Source: Candidatus Thorarchaeota archaeon
GTDB taxonomy: Archaea; Asgardarchaeota; Heimdallarchaeia; Hodarchaeales; Hodarchaeaceae
DNA length: 32,000 nt
Direction of reading: 5' to 3'
Assembly: GCA_048882505.1 (NCBI GenBank)
Contig: JBHLRO010000011.1
Location: 87,486 to 119,485, forward strand
Shown: positions 26,893 through 32,000 of the stretch, piece by piece
Position numbering within the stretch: position 1 is the stretch's first letter
Layout: each line of letters begins with the position of its first letter
Program-made: the position numbers and the translations under genes
Notes under the pieces: generated by a model
Told to the model about the DNA's origin: nothing
The model's database searches: none
What the model saw: only the letters and a program-made list of their open reading frames with translations

Positions 26893-27372
26893 GTGGCTAA
26901 TAAAAGGGAAATCGGTTCTAAACTTCAAAAATCAATCCTTAAACAAATCTCAGTACCCCCTGTTCCATTAAATCGTGTGATAGAGAGCATACGCTTCGGA
27001 TCAGAGGACGAGACGGGCAGTTTAACGCTGTTGTATAATAAAAGTCATGAGATCAGCTTTTTTAGGTATAAAGACCGATTTTTACCTTCATTAAGATTCA
27101 TTCGGGCGAATCCGCCGATAGATCTTCCCTCTGTCAAGGTGGATCAGGGAGCAGTTCCCCATATTTTAAACGGAGCAGATGTCTTCTGCCAAGGCGTAGA
27201 AAAAATAATTCATGATTTTGATGTAGGGGCAATCATCTTAGTTTTCAATCCACAAGATGCCGTTCTAGCCCTTGGAGAAGCGTTGATAGCCTCCCAGAAA
27301 TTGTTAAATGGAAAGGGAAAAGGCATCAAAACCATTCACTATCTAAACGACCAGATATGGACTGGTAAATGA
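26893..27372 (+). CDS. PUA-domain RNA-binding protein (MCT-1/Tma20-like)
   Basis: FLPSL, VKVDQGAVPHILNGADVF..G, LALGEAL, KGKGIKTIHYLND.IW. GTG start with GGAAGGAG SD. Confidence 0.88.
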   Translation: MANKREIGSKLQKSILKQISVPPVPLNRVIESIRFGSEDETGSLTLLYNKSHEISFFRYKDRFLPSLRFIRANPPIDLPSVKVDQGAVPHILNGADVFCQGVEKIIHDFDVGAIILVFNPQDAVLALGEALIASQKLLNGKGKGIKTIHYLNDQIWTGK

Positions 27373-27463
27373 GGTCTACCTCCCGAATACATCTTTTTTG
27401 GCAAAAAAATTAAAATAGCGTTCCTAAGATTGGGCACCCGCTCTATATAAGGATTAGATAACT

Positions 27464-27859
27464 ATGTCCTACAAGGTTATGAGTGATTACAGGTATCTTC
27501 CCGAACACGACTGGGCAAAATTGGAGGGTGAGCATGTCCTTGTTGGCGTGACCGATTATGCACAAAAAAGTTTAAAGGACGTTGTATACGTTGAATTACC
27601 TTTAATAGGTGATTCTTATGGTTTTAAAGATGTTTTTGGGGCCATAGAAAGCGTTAAAGCGGCCTCTGAGTTGTTTTTGCCAATTGGAGGTGAAATCGTC
27701 GCAGTAAATGACGCAGTAAACGATAATCCAGAGAAAGTAAATGAAGATCCATACGGGACTTGGTTGGTGAAGATTAAACCATCCTCTCTAAACGAGGATT
27801 GGAATAATTTGATGAGTGCAGAGGATTATAAAAAGTATGTCGAAGAACTCGAAGATTAA
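27464..27859 (+). CDS. gcvH: Glycine cleavage system H protein
   Basis: Y...HDW, VGVTDYAQ..L.DVVYVELP, lipoyl-lysine motif IESVKAASE...PIGGEIVAVN, and VNEDPYG.WL. Confidence 0.95.
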   Translation: MSYKVMSDYRYLPEHDWAKLEGEHVLVGVTDYAQKSLKDVVYVELPLIGDSYGFKDVFGAIESVKAASELFLPIGGEIVAVNDAVNDNPEKVNEDPYGTWLVKIKPSSLNEDWNNLMSAEDYKKYVEELED

Positions 27860-27861
27860 AG

Positions 27862-28731
27862 ATGATGAATAAGCTTCGTTCCTATAACGCCGAAAATGTC
27901 GGACTTAAATATGCCCAAGATTCACATCACAAAGACACGGAGCTAGTTTTTGTTGGTCTTGGCTTAGTGGGCTTTAAGAGCTGCTCACTAGAGATTCTTC
28001 AGGTTCTGCAGGCCTCAGATGTTATTTTCCTTGAGGATTATACTAACTTCATTTTGAGGGAAATTCCTCCACCGTTCCAGGATATTACAAAGAAAATAGC
28101 CACCATCACAAGGAAAGAATTGGAAGAAGATGATGAGGAATTTTTTAAAAGAATAAGGGGTTTAAAGGTCGTCCTACTCATACCAGGAGATCCTTTCATC
28201 GCTACCACTCACATTTCTTTAAGAATTTCAGCTGAAGAAAAAGGAATAAATTATCGAATCATTCACAATACGTCAATACTTTCAGCCGCTATTTCCGCAT
28301 CTGGACTCTCACCGTATCGTTTTGGCAGGACAGTAACATGTCCGTTTCCACAGAACCCTAGTGAACATCCCTATAACATTATCAAAGGTAATCAACAGAT
28401 AAAGGCTCATACATTACTTTTGTTGGATATCAATCCGGTTTCAGGCGAATTTGTCTCCATAGATCAAGCATTATCCATGTTAATGGACATGGAACATAAA
28501 AATCAGGAAGGTTTGATAAAGGAAACGAGTTTAGCAATCGGAATAGCTCGTCTTGGTTATAAAGATGTAACCATCGCGGCGGGTACCATACAGCAGCTGA
28601 TTGATCGGGACTGGAACGCTATCGGTCCCCCTCAGTGCGTAATAATCATAGATTCCGAGCTTCATTTTGCTGAAAAACAAACCTTGAAAACCGTTTGGAA
28701 GATTCACGATGATTTAAAACGGGATAAATAA
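27862..28731 (+). CDS. dph5: Diphthine synthase
   Basis: FVGLGL, DVIFLEDYT, PGDPFIATTH..L, IHNTSI.SA, GL..YRFG.TVT, HTLLLLDI, ARLG and GPP...II. Confidence 0.9.
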   Translation: MMNKLRSYNAENVGLKYAQDSHHKDTELVFVGLGLVGFKSCSLEILQVLQASDVIFLEDYTNFILREIPPPFQDITKKIATITRKELEEDDEEFFKRIRGLKVVLLIPGDPFIATTHISLRISAEEKGINYRIIHNTSILSAAISASGLSPYRFGRTVTCPFPQNPSEHPYNIIKGNQQIKAHTLLLLDINPVSGEFVSIDQALSMLMDMEHKNQEGLIKETSLAIGIARLGYKDVTIAAGTIQQLIDRDWNAIGPPQCVIIIDSELHFAEKQTLKTVWKIHDDLKRDK

Positions 28732-29402
28732 TGACAAGCACCTCCAACACGACAGAGCACTTCCATTTACTATTAAAGGACTTTTTGAAAGTAGCGTTTC
28801 TACTTACCCAGTCTCAACAGAGTTTTAACATTGAAGATTTCGCAGGCAAGCTTAGCAGAACCATAGATGAAGCAAAAGCGCTGTTATCTATTCTAATTAG
28901 CCTCAATATGGTTAAACTTGTTGGTAAAGCTAGTGGCAATTATCAGATAACGATTGGAGGTCGAAATAACCTTAGAATAGTAATGACGGGGGGTGCTTTC
29001 GATATCTTGCATCTTGGGCATCTAAAAACATTGCAGGCTGCAAAAAACCATGGTGATCTCTTGTTTGCGGTAGTAGCATCGGATCAAACCGTTGAAAGGA
29101 ACAAGGGAAGACCACCAATGAATAGCCAGAATAACAGAATGGCTCTTCTTTCCCACATTGACATTATTGATAAAGTGGTGGCCGGTGCCTCCGATCCTGA
29201 AAAATTCATTGAAACTGTCCGGCTGATACAGCCCGACGTAATAGCACTTGGCTACGATCAATCACTCTCGGAAGAACGTCTTCTAGAAATGCTTCATGAG
29301 AAAGGGGAGACGAATATCGAAATTATTCGATTGGAGGCAAACGTTCCGGATGAGAAAACATCACTAAAAATGCAATCTATCGATGATCACTCATTTGATT
29401 AA
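28731..29402 (+). CDS. ribL: FAD synthase RibL with N-terminal winged-helix-like extension
   Basis: GGAFDILHLGH (HxGH nucleotidyltransferase), GDLL..VVA.D, KGRPP and PDVIALGYDQ. Shares a TAATG overlap with dph5 and is adjacent to ribK. Confidence 0.82.
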   Translation: MTSTSNTTEHFHLLLKDFLKVAFLLTQSQQSFNIEDFAGKLSRTIDEAKALLSILISLNMVKLVGKASGNYQITIGGRNNLRIVMTGGAFDILHLGHLKTLQAAKNHGDLLFAVVASDQTVERNKGRPPMNSQNNRMALLSHIDIIDKVVAGASDPEKFIETVRLIQPDVIALGYDQSLSEERLLEMLHEKGETNIEIIRLEANVPDEKTSLKMQSIDDHSFD

Positions 29403-29403
29403 T

Positions 29404-30144
29404 CTAAAGATCGAATCGAGGACGAACCGTAACTTCTAGCTCATCACCATCTTGTACTTCATATGTACTTTTAATATGCTCCTCACAGATTAATTCCAGC
29501 TGATCTATGTGATGGGTTCTATCAGGATAGACGATGGCAGCGGGAATTAATTTATCTTGATTTGGTACTATTAAGTAGGCAGGCCAAACAAATGCTTTTC
29601 CAAAAACCCGCCCATTTTCGCTGAATTCCGAGACCAGTTCAGATGGAGCATTTAACAATCGCTTGAAATTCTCTAAATGAGGGTCAGATAAAAGTTGAAG
29701 GTTTAAAGTTCCAGCGTAAGGACGAAAACCGAGTATAGCTTCAAATTGTCGTTGGTATCCCTTCCGGCTCATGTAGTAACTACCGTCACCCATGCCTGTT
29801 ATCACCTTACCCTTAATGCGGATTTCTTCTGGAACCTCACGCCCCTTGCTTGCCAAAACCATCCATAAATCAGAAAAAATCTGATCGAGAAAGGCAGCCC
29901 CTTCGGGAGTGACCCGAATTGAGTTTCCTTGCCGAGTATAGGTTCGAACAATCAGATGTTCATTTTCCATAGAGGTCAACCGTCGTGATGTACTCTGCTG
30001 GGATAGTCCGATCGCCTCTCCTAGTGTTTGTGTTGTGACAACTATAGATCTACGAAGGCCGCCCAATTTCCCCAAGTGGAGGAGGATTGGTAAATAATCG
30101 GAGATAATCTGACTGGTATTGTTTTTCTTCTTTTCCGAAGACAT
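29404..30144 (-). CDS. ribK: CTP-dependent riboflavin kinase with N-terminal wHTH (RibK/RbkR)
   Basis: wHTH (LGEAIGLSQQSTSRRL..ME...LIVR...G..IRVTPEG), then GKVITGMGDG.YY, F.PY.GTLN, P.RTHH, LELI and DGD. ATG 30144 is preferred over 30201. Confidence 0.92.
   Translation of the reverse strand: MSSEKKKNNTSQIISDYLPILLHLGKLGGLRRSIVVTTQTLGEAIGLSQQSTSRRLTSMENEHLIVRTYTRQGNSIRVTPEGAAFLDQIFSDLWMVLASKGREVPEEIRIKGKVITGMGDGSYYMSRKGYQRQFEAILGFRPYAGTLNLQLLSDPHLENFKRLLNAPSELVSEFSENGRVFGKAFVWPAYLIVPNQDKLIPAAIVYPDRTHHIDQLELICEEHIKSTYEVQDGDELEVTVRPRFDL
29789..29964 (-). repeat. Copy A of the ribK 5'-half direct repeat
   Basis: Ungapped hand alignment to 31825-32000 gives 146/176 nt identical. CCCATGCCTGTTAT (29789-29802) is identical at the end where homology stops. 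Confidence 0.95.
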
Positions 30145-30280
30145 TTTGGATGGTTCCAAGGAAGAATTAGCAACCAATATCGATGAGAAGGGCGCAGACA
30201 AACGATGGTACTAGTCCCGTTAACCCCTTTTTTAATTCGGTCGGAGCATCCACAATGTCACACATCGGTGGGGAATTTGG

Positions 30281-31123
30281 TCAATCGGCGTATGACAAAC
30301 GATAATGCCCAGGAGATTCGTCCATTGAGCCGATGAGGAATGTGAGCTCAATGTCCTCGGCATTGATGTGCTGCAAACGCAAGGGTGTGTTGTCCCCAAA
30401 CTCCAGGGTTATACGATCACCTAGCCTGGTATCCAAGATGAGGGTTTTCTTGATATACTCAATAGGGTAGAAATTCCGAGCATGCTGTACCACACCAGAT
30501 GATGCAATGGGGTGGCGGATCGAGATTCCCTCCTGGGTTTCATCCGAAAAGTGGAAGTGGATCTCCTGGGCCTGCCCCTCAAACGTAACAGGGTGAAGTG
30601 GGGCGTAGTAACCAGGGGGGAATATCTCGGTCGGATCCTCAGGAAAGACTTCAGCAAACATACTCATAGTCTGAGTAAAGTCCTTCCTTACGATTTCAGC
30701 AAGGTACGGCAGTTCAAGTTCAACAGGATCGAGCATAATCACGCCATCGGCAATGGTCACGGGGATGTCATGCGAGGCACCTACCCGCATCACCGCTTCT
30801 TTCTGGATTAGTTCAAACAACACGGTTTCTTTCTCTCCCGCCCAAAATCGCACCTCTCGATCTAGTTCCTCAAGTGAAAGTCGGATTTGAGGTATGTTCT
30901 TACCCGACCTGAATGAGTAAAAAAAGGAGGAAGGAAAACGGAGGATTATCAGCATATATCGCCTCTTATCCATCTTTGATACTTGTAAACCTTGGTCGGA
31001 AATGGAGAAGATCACGTCGTCGTCGGGGATGTTTTTCAGTATCTCAATGAGGGTACGGAAGCCCTCCAACTTGTGAGGGGCGATTTCAAAGAGTTTTTCA
31101 GAAGGAGTTGTGTCTCTCACCAT
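30281..31123 (-). CDS. Divergent PCNA-like DNA sliding clamp paralogue
   Basis: FRTLIEILKNIPDDDVIFSISDQGLQVSKMD...LIILRFPSSFF matches the PCNA N-terminal helix/strands. YPIEYIKK...DRITLEFGDNTPLRL...LTFLIG matches the C-terminal pattern. 280 aa; GGAG SD. Confidence 0.75.
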   Translation of the reverse strand: MVRDTTPSEKLFEIAPHKLEGFRTLIEILKNIPDDDVIFSISDQGLQVSKMDKRRYMLIILRFPSSFFYSFRSGKNIPQIRLSLEELDREVRFWAGEKETVLFELIQKEAVMRVGASHDIPVTIADGVIMLDPVELELPYLAEIVRKDFTQTMSMFAEVFPEDPTEIFPPGYYAPLHPVTFEGQAQEIHFHFSDETQEGISIRHPIASSGVVQHARNFYPIEYIKKTLILDTRLGDRITLEFGDNTPLRLQHINAEDIELTFLIGSMDESPGHYRLSYAD

Positions 31124-31355
31124 GAATTACTCCATTTGAGTATTAGTGAATCCTTCCCCCTTATATGACTTGTCGTAATAGAATCCATCCTTAGTACTGG
31201 GAAATCACACAATGGCCGTGTGTCATGCGGTGGTCGTTTAGTTGTTGATCTGTCCAGTGGCTATATTTGGTTTCGGCCTGCGTTAAGACCTGTTCGAGAG
31301 TGATCGCTTGGCCCTTGTATAATTTCGGCCACACGCCATAATTCTGTCTCCCTCT

Positions 31356-31784
31356 ATGCTGGAATTTGGCAATCTTAGCCGCTTCAATTTTCCCCCCGTC
31401 GTCATTCTCCTTGCCCCTCAAATCGGCGAAATTTATAGTACCAGTCCCATTCCCATTCAATGGCAAGCCTCTGATCCAGACCACGACTCCCTAAAATGTT
31501 CACTATTTTACTGGGATGGGGAGGATTGGATATCCATCGTTGCGAATCTTGGTGGCTCGAAATATTTGTGGGATATCCAGGGTGTTCCTAGTGGGCCGTA
31601 TTACCGTATTAGAGTTGTTGTCAGTGACGGGTTCCTCATAGCTATCGACGAATCAAGCAGTCCATTTACAATAGAAAGATCCCAAGGGACTGGCACAGCA
31701 ATCATCTGGGGTTTCCTCGGTATCTTCATAGCAACCCTCTCAAGGATGGTATATGGACTAAATAAACCGAAACTTAAAGGTTGA
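31356..31784 (+). pseudogene. Single Ig-like domain plus C-terminal TM anchor; probable 5'-truncated surface-protein fragment
   Basis: N.PP.V.L..P..GE, W.ASDPD.D.L, W..I...L, Y.WD...VP.G.YYRIRV.VSDG and FTI, then a hydrophobic helix. No signal peptide; in-frame TAA at 31320. Confidence 0.55.
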
Positions 31785-31786
31785 TG

Positions 31787-31797
31787 AAAACAAAAAA
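31787..31797 (-). terminator. U-rich tract TTTTTTGTTTT downstream of the truncated ribK copy
   Basis: 14 nt after the TAA at 31814-31812. Archaeal termination favours U-tracts. Weak evidence on its own. Confidence 0.3.
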
Positions 31798-31811
31798 CCC
31801 CTACATTCTAC

Positions 31812-32000
31812 TTACCCTGGTGCGCCCATGCCTGTTATAACCTTGCCCTTAATGCGAATTTCTTCTGGTGCCTCACGGCCTTTGCTTGCTAAAACCACCC
31901 ATAAATCAGAAAAGATTTGATCCAGGAAGGCGGCCCCTTCAGGAGTAATTCGAATTGAATTCCCCTTCCTCGTATAAGTTCGGACAATTAGATTTCCGTT
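31812..32000 (-). pseudogene. ribK: Truncated second ribK copy (3' part of the wHTH domain to the first kinase motif); 5' end beyond the window
   Basis: Translates NGNLIVRTYTRKGNSIRITPEGAAFLDQIFSDLWVVLASKGREAPEEIRIKGKVITGMGAPG*, with 53/59 aa identical to the full RibK up to GMG. It is not in the ORF track because its start lies outside the window. Confidence 0.9.

Noticed and set aside
31191-31484. 97-aa minus-strand ORF overlapping the Ig-domain ORF
   Set aside because: Its N-terminal part is antisense to a clearly recognisable domain. The remaining part could be a gene remnant, but I cannot support that.
31810-31817. GG|GTAAGT on the minus strand at the ribK truncation, resembling a spliceosomal 5' splice site
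   Set aside because: The genome is archaeal, a 6-8-mer is expected by chance, and no matching downstream exon arrangement can be shown.
1-32000. tRNA, rRNA, CRISPR array, transposase or integrase
   Set aside because: By eye I found no cloverleaf or T-loop context, regularly spaced repeats, terminal inverted repeats, or DDE or tyrosine-recombinase motifs. A tRNAscan, Infernal or HMM run would be needed to exclude them fully.

Overview
An archaeal chromosomal window of roughly 40% GC (spot counts). Archaeal origin is shown by an EgsA-like G1P dehydrogenase, aCPSF1, Dph5, archaeal-type GlyA, TrmI, CTP-dependent RibK and RibL. An Asgard (Heimdallarchaeia-like) source is inferred from eukaryote-like proteins: an Rpn11/CSN5-like JAMM protein, a longin/uDENN-like protein and a very large SNAP/TPR-like solenoid. 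Bases 1-8.3 kb hold accessory metabolic genes: an amine dehydrogenase-like protein, DUF362, GyrI-like, a nonsense-interrupted membrane hydrolase, ARPP-1 with a tandem wHTH, ArsN2-like GNAT, PepT and a cyclase. Bases 8.5-14 kb encode a ~1,800-aa alpha-solenoid with three copies of an unassigned N-terminal domain and a long acidic tail. Next come divergent gcvT/glyA, several hypothetical membrane or surface genes, a minus-strand run (egsA-like, longin-like, conserved hypothetical, trmI, JAMM) and a plus-strand run (aCPSF1, PUA, gcvH, dph5, ribL). The most unusual structure is at the right end. A full ribK and a second 5' half of ribK (83% nt identity, mostly synonymous changes, cut right after the G-M-G motif) lie in direct orientation 2,036 bp apart. 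They bracket a GC-richer, strongly diverged PCNA-like clamp gene and an orphan Ig-domain fragment. I saw no tRNA, rRNA, CRISPR array, transposase or integrase. All family assignments come from motif recognition, not database searches.
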